Assembly: GCA_963796275.1 (NCBI GenBank)
Contig: CAWCKY010000007.1
Coordinates: 864,001-928,000, forward strand
DNA: 64,000 bases
Origin: an uncultured Acidobacteriota bacterium
GTDB taxonomy: Bacteria; Acidobacteriota; Blastocatellia; RBC074
Reading direction: 5' to 3'
Positions 54,501 through 63,848 of the stretch are shown here, piece after piece. Every line of letters starts with the position of its first letter. The stretch's first letter is position 1. The notes beneath the pieces were generated by a model. That model saw only the letters and a list, made by a program, of their open reading frames with translations. It made no database searches and had not been told where the DNA came from. The position numbers and the translations under genes were made by a program.

Positions 54501-54757
54501 TTGAATCCTGGTTTCTGTATGGTGATCTGATAATTGCCTGGAGGAAGCAGGGGGATCGAGTAATATCCGGTCTCATTGCTGACGCTCTCGACTTTCAAAC
54601 CGGTGCCATGGTTGGTTGCAATTACCACAGTACCCGGTACGACCGCCCCTTCAGGATCGCTGACCTGGCCAATTATTTGCGCCGTTTGACCGTACGCCGC
54701 ATGGCTGGAACAACAGAACAGCAGAGCACAAAGCGAGATGAATTGAATCTGCTTCAT
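51578..54757 (-). CDS. TonB-dependent receptor
   Basis: GGAGG RBS before MKQIQF, LPLNGR, TKSGTNEFHG, C-terminal PRIIQFALRVSF. Confidence 0.92.
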   Translation of the reverse strand: MKQIQFISLCALLFCCSSHAAYGQTAQIIGQVSDPEGAVVPGTVVIATNHGTGLKVESVSNETGYYSIPLLPPGNYQITIQKPGFKPISRSGITLQVDQVARLDFKLEIGTASETVQITGAASLLETQTGTIRGLVDQQRIADLPLNGRQITQLMAIQASVIQRASGTTEGDAFVVNGSRQSGVYFLLDGGMNTDSYRNYSGVFPNPDAVQEFSIQKSNFSAEFANATGAVVSVVTKSGTNEFHGSAFEFLRNGAFNARNFFAARRDSLKRSQFGGTLGGPIRKDRLFFFGSYQRTITRSDPQLNRQFLPTAAMRRGDFSGFDPIIDPLTNSQFPDNQIPEQRLNPVTLSFLKYIPDPGTPDGQRFVGVPVKTGEDELTAKVDVNLGNHRLSARYFWQRFQRPFTGKVDDLSSMFADEVGRTTQPYNLLTISDIFTISPQLINTATVALRWRRTLYDWSSIELPIDFARAGVKGIAVQDPPSLYINVANAFSARPGWNYDKHDYDIHLSDSVTWMTGSHEIKLGGEILRSKNDIKNHFRTWGLFNFNGNITGNALADFMLGEAYQFDQGGGEYKELYGTRWGFFVQDAWRVNSNLTLTPGLRWDPMFPFHDELGRTQCFVPGAKSERFPNGPAGYLHAGDPGCPKGGFTPYWKQLAPRLGFAWRVPDGRTVIRGGFGLFWNPQFTSLYNGFVNSAPFSPQVTRFGVRFEDPFANVGNPFPTSFAPFVPPGDSQFFTPLGRFGSFAPDFRPSYQETFNITVEREVARDLVARLSYIGNLGRHLSYTDDLNYARHASGADTSNIQERRPYHDFSAILTTNSDSTASYHGLQVSVERRVTNNLSFEVNYTYSKSIDEASADTTPQNVSQVVPLNLRLNRGVSDFDITHRLVISHVWSLPDLRQQKPIARLVLGGWQFSGISTLRGGFPFSISSGTDRAFSGLGSSFADLVGDPYLDRDRSRSEKIDRYFNTGAFVPAALGTFGTSPRNLMRGPGSVNFDLGLMKVFPLTERIKLQFRTELFNAFNTPTLSNPVTTVNTPTRLGRIESAGNPRIIQFALRVSF

Positions 54758-55398
54758 CGGGCCTCCTGTATTCGGTTGGATTGTAAGGTCTATGTCGTGC
54801 GCCAACTTTGAGCGCCTGAGTAGTTTAGTGTCTGTATTCCTCAAGCATGTCTTATCCGAGTGTGAAATGTAAATACCAGGAGATATGACAAGCTCTATGA
54901 GGTTGAATACTCTTGATTGAATTGTGTTGTTATTGCTGGATTAATTGTAACTCGTACAGCCGCTGGCGTTCTGTGTTTAGAGTTAACCGATTATCGGACT
55001 CAGGTTCACTCTAATTCTGAATGTTCGGTAAATTTCCTTCTGCTATCTCGCATCTCACGGAATAAAAGACGGAATAGAAGAGAGAAAGGATTGAGAAAGA
55101 AGGATCGAAGTGATATTAAGTGTGCAGACCGTGTGCGTATTGTCGCAAAAACAAAGCACGCGGTAATGCCTCTGAAAAATGCCCCAAAATGCCCCTTGAA
55201 AAGACAGACCGCTTGCTTGACTAAAATCATTGATAGAGACTCGGCGTCGCTCTACTTTGTATTGACGTTTGACTGCAAGGTCGGCCTGACCATATTTTAT
55301 CCCCAAAATTTTCACTCTTAAGGCCCCCTTAATCTTTTGCGAAATGGGGGTTGTGAAGCGCGGAAGACTGCAATCTTCTAATCTTCATGTCTGTACAC

Positions 55399-55426
55399 TT
55401 GCTACATAATATGTATTATCGGACGC
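55399..55426 (-). other. dif-like Xer recombination site (11-6-11)
   Basis: Minus strand GCGTCCGATAA-TACATA-TTATGTAGCAA has the ATAA/6 bp/TTATGT core of E. coli dif (GGTGCGCATAA TGTATA TTATGTTAAAT). Confidence 0.6.
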
Positions 55427-55578
55427 AGTCTCTATAATTGAGTTATATAAAAAGAACGACATGTTTCTCTAATTTCTGCACCATTAAGCGAATGTGTTTC
55501 ACATTTGGCTCGAACCACCAAATTTTCTTGCCCCACTTAATCAATTGTTCCCCTGCCCTTTCAGGAGGAGATAGGCTA

Positions 55579-58500
55579 ATGAACCAACCAATAATCCAAA
55601 TAAAAAAAATTCTCACGATATCCCTATTCTTATTCTTAATAATGCTTCCGGCAGTCGTATTCGGTCAGCAGGCTTCTTCCATAGTTGGAGTGGTCACAGA
55701 TCGCAATGGCGCAGCTATCAGGGGCGCGGATGTCAAACTGATCGACACCAAAACGGCTAAGGAGCGCACGACGAAGACTAATGATCAAGGGATATATGCG
55801 TTCCATAAGATGGCGCCGGGAACCGGTTACGTTCTCGAATTTTCGGCGCAGGGCTTCGACACCGTGGTGATTAAAAATCTCGCGCTCGGGGTTGGATTGA
55901 CGGAGACGCAGCACGCGGAATTACCCGTTGGGCAAGTAACCAACACGGCGGAGGTGACGGCTTCTGGCGGCGCAACGTTGAATACCACCGACGCCAGTCT
56001 CGGCAATGTCATCGATCCTCGCAGACTGCATGAGCTTCCGATTCAAATTCGCGAATCGCCGGCTGCGCTCCTGGGACTTCAACCCGGCGTCGTCGGGTCA
56101 AACTTGGGGACCGGGCCCGTAGGTAGCGCTGGTTCGCTGAATACATTAGGCTCCGTCACGGGGGCTCGCGCGGACCAGGGAAATATCACTACTGATGGAA
56201 TCGATGCCAATGATCAAGCTGTCGGACAAGCATTTATTACGGTCGGCAATGCCCCCATCGACGCGATTCAGGAATTCCGAACCATTTCAGCGAATCCCGG
56301 TGCGGCTGATGGCCGCAGCAGCGGCGCACAGATTTTTCTTGTGACGAAAAGCGGTACGAACCAATTTCACGGATCGCTGCGCGAATACAATCGTACGGCG
56401 GCGACTGCAGCCAACAGTTTCTTCAACAACAGGACCATCGATCCACTAACCGGCCAAAGTATCCCGAAGCCTCAATTGACCCGCAATCAGTTTGGCGGCA
56501 ACCTTGGAGGCCCGGTTTATCTGCCGGGTTTTAATGGCAAAGACAAGCTCTTCTTCTTCTTTGATTATGAAGGCCGGCGCGATGCTCAGGGGGTACCCTC
56601 CTTACGCACTGTACCTCTCAATAGTTTCAGGAGTGGTAATTTGGCCTACATCAATAACGCGGGAGGCATCTCCGTTCTGTCGCCGGCTCAGGTTGCGGCT
56701 CTTGATCCGCAGGGGGTCGGATCGAATCAAGCGCTCCTAGGCTTTATCAACAGCCGCTATCCACAGGCGAATGATTTGACTTCAGGCGATGGAATCAACA
56801 CGGGCGGCTTCCGTTTCAATTCGCCATCACGGAGGACAGCCAATACCTACACATCGCGCATCGATCTGGAAGCGGCGGAGAATCAGAAAATCTTCGGACG
56901 TTTCAATATTGTGCGAACACGTTTGACAGATACGGGGAATTCGGTGGCTCAGCAATTTCCAGGAGATCCTGAAAGCGCACAGGTCGTCTTGAGAGACGCT
57001 TCGTTTTCTGGCGGGCATACCTGGAACATCAGTTCGTCTCTCGCGAACCAGGTGACAGTCGGAGTGACGCGTGCGTCGTTTGGTACTCTCGCTCCGTTCG
57101 CACCGACATCTCCCAATATCTTTGGAACTCCGGCACCTATTAGCGGGGGGACATTTGGTGGAGCTTTTGCCATCGCCGCACCTTTCCCGACTATAGGTAC
57201 AAATAATCGACATATCCCGTGCCAACGTTTCGTGATGATCTGAACTGGCGCAAAGGATCGCATGACATGACATTCGGCGTCTCCGTCAAACCGATTCGCT
57301 CGAGATCTGGCCTGGTGAATGATTTCAATTTCTTGGATCTCGGTCTCGGCGGTAATCTACTTGGGCTCAACGCCGCTCTTCGGCCTGCGGATATTGGCGG
57401 CAACGCTTTAGCAACCTCGAGTTATGATGCCGCGCTCCCTTTCCTGTTGGGACGTTACTCGGGAGCAACGACCTTCTTCAATTATGATGCGGCTGGCAAT
57501 GTCTTCCCGCTTGGAACCGGAAAGAGCCGCGATTTCCGCTACAACGAATATGAAGCTTATGCTCAGGACAGCTGGCGCTTGCGCAATGATCTGACGATAA
57601 CTTATGGCTTGCGATATCAATACTACCCTGCCCCTTACGAGGCTAACGGGTTTCAATCGGGTAGTAATGTGGATCTTCAAACCCTGCTGGCCGCCAGGAT
57701 GCAGAATGCTGCTGCCGGAATCAGCAGTAATACGTCCGAGCCTCTGCTCACTTATAATCTGATCGGCGAGGCTAATAATGGTCGGGCATACTATGCGCCG
57801 GATCGAAACAACTTCGCTCCGCGATTTAACATCGCATGGAATCCTGCATACAACAATGGGCTCTTAGGCAAAGTCCTGGGTGACCGGAAGACTGTGATCC
57901 GGGCTGGTGGAGCCGTCGTCTATGATCGTACGTCCGGAGCACTTACGTTCTTTCAGGATCAATTATCCTATCTGTTTGACAGCATGTCATCAACGTTGTT
58001 CGGAGCGGCTGATGCAAATGCAAGCTTATTGAACGATCCACGATTCACCGGCATAGGCGCTTTACCTATACAGAATATTGCGCCTACTATTACACGCCCC
58101 AATACCCCTAATGTGTCCCCCGCCGGAGTTCCGATCGGAACTTCGATCGGAGCGACCAACTATGTCTTGGATCCCGCGTACAGAACCCCTTATTCGATCG
58201 CGTATAACTTTGGCTTCCAACGCGAATTGCCTCGCAATTTCCTCCTCGAGATGTCGTATGTCGGGCGGCAGGCGCGCAGGCTATTCTCTATTGCGGATGC
58301 CGCGCAGATCATGGATTTCCAAGATACCGCTTCGGGGCAGTTTATGTTGGCTGCATTCAATGGGTTACAAGCTCAGCTTCAAGCTGGAATAGCGCCGGCG
58401 GCCGTTACTCCACAACCTTGGTTCGAGAATCAGATGAACGCAGCGCTTGGGGCAGCCGTTCCAGGTCTGACATGCGCCGCAGCCTTGGGTACACCAAACT

Positions 58501-59414
58501 GCACATCTTTTGTCGCTACAGCTGCACCGACTTTGGTTCAGACTGGCAGTACTACCCCTGTTGTCCAGGGCCTCAATTCTCTGGGCTTGCTTAATCCCAA
58601 TGTTGGACTGAGCGGACAGTTCGTGGCGAATGGCTACGTCACTAACCTCGCATCATCGAGCTACAACGGTATGCTGGTCAGCCTGAGGAAGCGGTTCACG
58701 CAAGGTCTCCAGTTCGATTTCAACTATACCCTCTCACATTCGGTCGACAATCAATCGAGCATCTCGAATACGGCGATAGGCGCTTTGATCTGTGACTCCC
58801 GTAATCTTCGTGCCTGCCGTGGGAATTCGGATTTCGACATTCGGCATTTAATCAATGTCAATGGCATCTATGAGCTTCCCTTCGGCCGTGGAAGGAGTAT
58901 CGGCGGGAATACTCGTGGTATCGTGAATACCTTGATCGGTGGTTGGCAGGTGGGCGGCATCTTCACCTATCGTAGTGGATTGCCCTTCAACGCAACTACC
59001 GGTGTATTTCCGGTAAGCATAGTCAGTGAGAGTGCAGCGGTGCTTAACAGCACTGACCTCAGTGCGCTGAAACAGCAGATAAACGACGCTCCCGATGGCA
59101 GCATTCAATTCTTCGGTAATCAAGCGGGGGCGGCCTCTGCCTTGACTTACCCGCAACACGGAGTAGCTTCTGGCAACCGGAACGTCTTACGCGGTCCGGG
59201 CTTCTGGAATGTGGATACGTCCGTTCTGAAGAATTTCAGTCTGCCGTGGTCTGAGTCGCAACGGCTGCAATTCAGGTGGGAGTCGTATAATGCATTCAAC
59301 CACAATTCATTTAACCTGCCGAATACTAACTTCAGCTCAGCTCTTTTCGGACAGATCACTAGCAGCGCAACTACGCCGCGTGAAATGCAATTCGCGTTGC
59401 GTTTCGAGTTCTAG
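55579..59414 (+). CDS. TonB-dependent receptor, split by a -1 frameshift near 57219
   Basis: AGGAGG RBS, GRSSGAQ and TKSGTNQFHG. ORFs join as NNRHIPVPTFRDDLNW and end PREMQFALRFEF. Confidence 0.9.
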
Positions 59415-59441
59415 TTAAATCAACCCGAACGGAATGTTAAG

Positions 59442-59478
59442 TGGGCTTCCCTGTTCAATCCGGGAAGCCCATTTTTAT
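59442..59478 (+). terminator. Rho-independent terminator
   Basis: TGGGCTTCCC-loop-GGGAAGCCCA followed by TTTTT, just after the TBDR stop. Confidence 0.85.
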
Positions 59479-59513
59479 TGCAATAGGTCATCGATTCCTG
59501 GATTAGACGTCCC

Positions 59514-59612
59514 ACTGTGAAACGTCGTGAAACTCGGTTTTAACTCCTTTGGGATGGAGAGTTTCGAGGTGGACTCGGGACAAAAAACTTGAACTGTGAA
59601 ACACCGTGAAAC
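59514..59612. repeat. Two 20-bp direct repeats, each containing two GTGAAAC heptamers
   Basis: ACTGTGAAACGTCGTGAAAC (59514-59533) and ACTGTGAAACACCGTGAAAC (59593-59612). Confidence 0.75.
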
Positions 59613-59693
59613 GGCGGCCTTCGGCGCATTTAATTGACAGTTTTCGCTATCTACCTATGGACATTCCAATGAGGGAGGAGTATCTTCTTTGGC

Positions 59694-59830
59694 ATGTCCA
59701 AATGGAAAATTAAGGAGACATCAGAAGCGTACGCTTGACCGGGCATGGCATCGCCCGCGGGATAGAGCAAGTGCGCGAGCAGGTGTGCAGAATCGGACAT
59801 CAGTTGAGACTGTCGGAACAAGGAGTGGAG
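59694..59830 (+). pseudogene. Internally deleted PadR-family regulator relic
   Basis: GGAGGAG RBS, MSK start, a TLD fragment and GHGIARGIEQV (compare PadR HGYGIARRIEQV), directly upstream of an ADOP permease. Confidence 0.55.
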
Positions 59831-62560
59831 ATGATTCACTATTTGCGTGACTTGGCGGCGAGGTTTCGGAAATTGTTCGGAGCTCGCAGAGCGGATCGAG
59901 AGCTCGACGATGAGATCGAGGCGCACTTGCGTCAACTGACTGATCGATATGTTCGCCAGGGGATGAGTGAGGTCGATGCCGCTTGTGCCGCCCGCCGCCA
60001 GTTTGGAAACGTGACATTGTTACACGAGGTGAATCGCGAGATGCGTGGGATCAGGTTTATCGAGACACTCTTTCAGGATTTGCGATTCGGCGTGCGGATG
60101 CTATCGAAGAATCGGGTGGTCACATTGATTGCCTTGCTCTCGTTGGCGCTGGGCATAGGCGCGAACGTCGCGGTGTTCAGCGTCATCAACGCGGTCATGC
60201 TGAAAATGTTGCCGGTGCGCGAACCGGAGCGGCTAGTCGAATTTCTGAGCCAGTACCCTGGGGAACCTGCTCTTAATGCCTTCTCGCGCCCCAGCTACGA
60301 TCACTTTAGGGACAACAACCGTACCTTAGCCGGAATCACCGGTGTCGCGAGTACGCGCTTCAGCGTGAAGTCCGATGGCGCGGAGCCGGAACTCGTCGAA
60401 GGCGAATATGTGATCGGGAATTTCTTTCAGCTCCTCGGATTGAAGCCGGCGCTGGGCCGCCTGATCGAACCAGACGACGACCGCCACGGAACCAATGCCT
60501 TCGCGGCCGTGATCAGCTGGCCCTACTGGAAACGCCGATTCAACCTGGACCCAGGGGTCGTTGGCCGCACCATCGCGCTCGACAACGCCATCCTGACGAT
60601 CGTAGGGGTCTCTCCCCTCACCTTCTCGGGTCTGAGGGTCGGGGAGCAGCCGGACATCTGGACGCCCTCGGCGGCCTATCCCGCCATAAATCCCTCGAAC
60701 CAACAAGGGCTCGGAGGGTTCGGAGCCTTTCAACTGGTAGGCCGGCTGGCGTCCGGAACCAGCCTGGAACAGGCCCGCTCGGAGTTTGCCATCCTGTTCG
60801 CATGGACGTTGCAGGAGAGAGTGCAGAACAGTAAGGATCCGCAGGTGCGCAAGCTCACGTTCGAGGTGCGGCCCGCGGGATCGGGTCTGTCCACCGGCCT
60901 TCGGGATCGCTGGGGGAAATCGCTTGTGGTGACCCTGGCTGTCGTCGCCCTCCTGCTGATGCTGGCATGCACGAACGTCGCCAGCATGCTGCTCGCGCGG
61001 GCCGTCGCGCGCCGGCGCGAGATGTCGATGCGACTTTCCTTGGGAGCGGGGCGAGGGCGTCTGGCGCGCCAGCTTCTCACCGAAGCGCTGTTGTTGGCCT
61101 CGATCGGGGGCTTGCTCGGCATTGGGGTGGCCTGGGCAGGAAGCAAGGCGCTGGTGAATATGATCAGTTCCGGACCACCGCTCATTGGGATGTCCGGTCC
61201 GCTCGAGATTCATGGGATGTCCGGTCCGCTCGAGATTCATGTGACGCAGGACCTCAACCTCCTCCTGTTCACGTTCGGCGTCTCTCTCCTGACTGGTCTG
61301 ATGTTCGGGCTCGCGCCGGCCTGGACGGTCTTCAAATCGGTCTCGGTCGCGTCGCTGCGCGAGAGCGGCAGGGTCACCGAGTCGAAACTGAGTCGCACTT
61401 TCGGCAAGACTCTGGTGGTCATGCAGGTGACCTTGTCGGTGGTACTGATGAGTTCGGCAGCGCTGTTCGTCGGGCACATGCTGCGCTTGCGGGGACAGGA
61501 GACGACCGGCTTCAGACGCGACAATATCCTCATTGTCCGGCTGGATCCGTCGCGAAGCGGGTACAATCCGGAACGCTTATCCCGCGCCTATGAGGACATC
61601 CTCGACCGTCTTCAGCAATCCCGACTCGTGCGTTCTGCCAGCATTGCGGCACCGACCCCGGTCGAGGGAAGCGCTGCGCCGCGCTTCGTCACCGTGCCAG
61701 GGTTCGACGAACGCCCGGAAGACCGGCGTTATATCAGCCTAGCATGGGTAGCGCCGCGATACTTCGACACGCTCGGCATTCACCTGTTCGCCGGGCGCGA
61801 CTTCCGCCGCGAGGACCGGAGCGGACCTCGCATCGCGATCATCAACCAGGCGATGGAGCGGTATTACTTCCTAAACCGGGCGGCGATCGGGCAGTACATA
61901 CGCTTCGATAACGACAACAGACCCTATGAAATCGTCGGAGTGGTGTCCGACGCGAAGTACTCGAGCATTCGGGAGGTGCCGCCGCGAACCGTGTATCTCA
62001 ACACCTTCCAGGCGCGGCAACCGGTAGGGGATTTCATCATTTACACCGGGAAATCCCCATACGCTGCGGCTCCGGAGGTGCGACAGGCGATCAACGATGT
62101 ACTCCGGACCGTACCCGTGTCCCGAATCACGTCGCTTTCGGATCAGGTGGATGCGTCCCTGATTGTCGAACGCGTCATCGCATCCTTGTCCGGGGTCTTC
62201 GCCGGTATAGGTTGCCTACTGGTGGGGTTGGGGGTATACGGATTATTAGCCTATACGACCGCGCGCCGTATTCATGAGATCGGCGTGCGCATGGCGCTGG
62301 GCGCAACGCGAGCGACCGTGGCGCGGATGGTCATCCTAGAAGCGCTCACCCTGACGATCCTGGGCCTGATCTTCGGCTGCGCCATTGCCTTCTGGAGTAA
62401 GCGCTACATCACGGCACTCGTACCTGATCTGCCTACCATCCAGGCGGCGCCCCTCATGTTCGGAGTATTCGCAACCATCGCTGTAGCGCTGATTGCGGTC
62501 GCTCTGCCCGCGTACCGAGCAGCGAGAGTAGATCCGATGACAGCGCTGCGCTACGAATGA
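59831..62560 (+). CDS. ADOP-type duplicated ABC permease (MacB/FtsX-like)
   Basis: RELDDEIEAHL prefix, QDLRFGVRML, LALGIGAN, LACTNVA, EIGVRMALGA, PAYRAARVDPMTALRYE. Contains an exact 27-bp duplication at 61186-61239. Confidence 0.92.
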   Translation: MIHYLRDLAARFRKLFGARRADRELDDEIEAHLRQLTDRYVRQGMSEVDAACAARRQFGNVTLLHEVNREMRGIRFIETLFQDLRFGVRMLSKNRVVTLIALLSLALGIGANVAVFSVINAVMLKMLPVREPERLVEFLSQYPGEPALNAFSRPSYDHFRDNNRTLAGITGVASTRFSVKSDGAEPELVEGEYVIGNFFQLLGLKPALGRLIEPDDDRHGTNAFAAVISWPYWKRRFNLDPGVVGRTIALDNAILTIVGVSPLTFSGLRVGEQPDIWTPSAAYPAINPSNQQGLGGFGAFQLVGRLASGTSLEQARSEFAILFAWTLQERVQNSKDPQVRKLTFEVRPAGSGLSTGLRDRWGKSLVVTLAVVALLLMLACTNVASMLLARAVARRREMSMRLSLGAGRGRLARQLLTEALLLASIGGLLGIGVAWAGSKALVNMISSGPPLIGMSGPLEIHGMSGPLEIHVTQDLNLLLFTFGVSLLTGLMFGLAPAWTVFKSVSVASLRESGRVTESKLSRTFGKTLVVMQVTLSVVLMSSAALFVGHMLRLRGQETTGFRRDNILIVRLDPSRSGYNPERLSRAYEDILDRLQQSRLVRSASIAAPTPVEGSAAPRFVTVPGFDERPEDRRYISLAWVAPRYFDTLGIHLFAGRDFRREDRSGPRIAIINQAMERYYFLNRAAIGQYIRFDNDNRPYEIVGVVSDAKYSSIREVPPRTVYLNTFQARQPVGDFIIYTGKSPYAAAPEVRQAINDVLRTVPVSRITSLSDQVDASLIVERVIASLSGVFAGIGCLLVGLGVYGLLAYTTARRIHEIGVRMALGATRATVARMVILEALTLTILGLIFGCAIAFWSKRYITALVPDLPTIQAAPLMFGVFATIAVALIAVALPAYRAARVDPMTALRYE

Positions 62561-62711
62561 GTGCGATCCACTTTATGATTGTTTTTTGTTAAAGACTCGT
62601 TCTCGTTGAAGTAACTTTTCTGAAAATTTCTCCCGGTGCGGCCATAACCCCAATGAGCAGTTTTGACTTTTAGGGGTAAGGAATCTTTGCTACAGTAGAT
62701 ACAGAATATTT

Positions 62712-63104
62712 ATGCCCTACAACTATTTATCAGCGGAGGAAGAGCAAGTCATCGTCCATAAGGGCACGGAAAGGCCGTTTGCGGGCGAGTACGACAAGCA
62801 TTTCTCTCCCGGCACATTTATTTGCCGGCGCTGCAACAATCCGCTTTATTCGGCGGAGGCTAAATTTAATGCCGGCTGCGGCTGGCCGAGTTTTGACGAA
62901 GAATACCCCGATAGCGTGGAGCGTCACGTAGATGCGGACGGACGACGCATCGAACTCACTTGCGCTCATTGCCAGGCCCACTTAGGCCACGTCTTCGAGG
63001 GCGAAGGCTTTACCGACAAAGACACACGCCACTGTGTTAACTCCCTCTCCATTCGATTCATTCCCGAAGACAAAGAACTGCCGCCCGTGCTAGACGCTGA
63101 CTGA
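62712..63104 (+). CDS. msrB: Peptide-methionine (R)-S-oxide reductase
   Basis: KGTERPF, CRRC, GCGWPSF, CAHCQAHLGHVF, RHCVNS. Confidence 0.95.
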   Translation: MPYNYLSAEEEQVIVHKGTERPFAGEYDKHFSPGTFICRRCNNPLYSAEAKFNAGCGWPSFDEEYPDSVERHVDADGRRIELTCAHCQAHLGHVFEGEGFTDKDTRHCVNSLSIRFIPEDKELPPVLDAD

Positions 63105-63794
63105 AGCCAAAAGCTGTTTTTCAATTATCACGACACCCGGCACGAAGTGCTTGGCGAAATTCCAACGCCGCAGAAGCGTTCAGATTTGTGCCAATGCTAT
63201 CCGTCGCAGCCGCGCGCAGGTCGCGCATCCGCTGGTGAGTCTGTAGTTTTGGGGGGACCTCGATGCGTCGGCTTCGTTCGGCCGCATCGAGAGAGTGGTA
63301 GATGCCGACACTACGACGGCGCAGATACACATACGAGTCACACATACGAGTCGATATCCAGGACAGCCGTGCGGGCTGCGAGATGCGCTTCCTCCAGGGC
63401 GGCGGTGAGGAAACGCGCCCAATTTGAGGCAAAGCGGTTCTGCCATGTCTCCGAACTGTCTCACGACATCTACCCAAGGATGTGATTTTGTCAGTACTTC
63501 GGGATGACTGATAGGTATGGCCGAAGATGTAGGTGTCACCCAGCCGCCACATACAGCAACGACGATCCGGCGCCCCCCAAATTGGCGTCTCAGTGACTTT
63601 CAGGAAAAATCATACGCTAAGCCAGACATTAAGCCAGACATTTTTGTATGGATAGCGCATCGCCTTTATTTGCAGGCATTCCACTTTTTAGAAATGCGCC
63701 TCCAGGGTCAGCGGTCTCTCTGATGAAGCGGAACGTGGGTTCGTTCGCCCGCTGCTATTCCTCCTTTCCGAGAGGGTGGCCTTTTATATTCTCC

Positions 63795-63839
63795 TTGCTT
63801 ACCGAGAGGGCGATGGTTATACTCATCTCGGTAACCGAG
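63795..63839 (+). promoter_or_regulatory. Sigma-70 promoter and palindromic operator of padR
   Basis: TTGCTT-17 bp-TATACT (63795-63823) and palindrome CTCGGTAACCGAG (63827-63839) overlapping the RBS. Confidence 0.65.
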
Positions 63840-63848
63840 GAGGATTAT

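Noticed and set aside
1190-57225. Programmed ribosomal frameshifting in the four split genes
   Set aside because: No slippery sites, mixed shift directions, and no precedent I know of in these families.
60326-61477. 383-aa antisense ORF over the ADOP permease
   Set aside because: It is a shadow ORF, and its repeat only mirrors the 27-bp duplication.
63121-63723. Overlapping short ORFs between msrB and padR
   Set aside because: None has a convincing family signature; this is probably decayed sequence.
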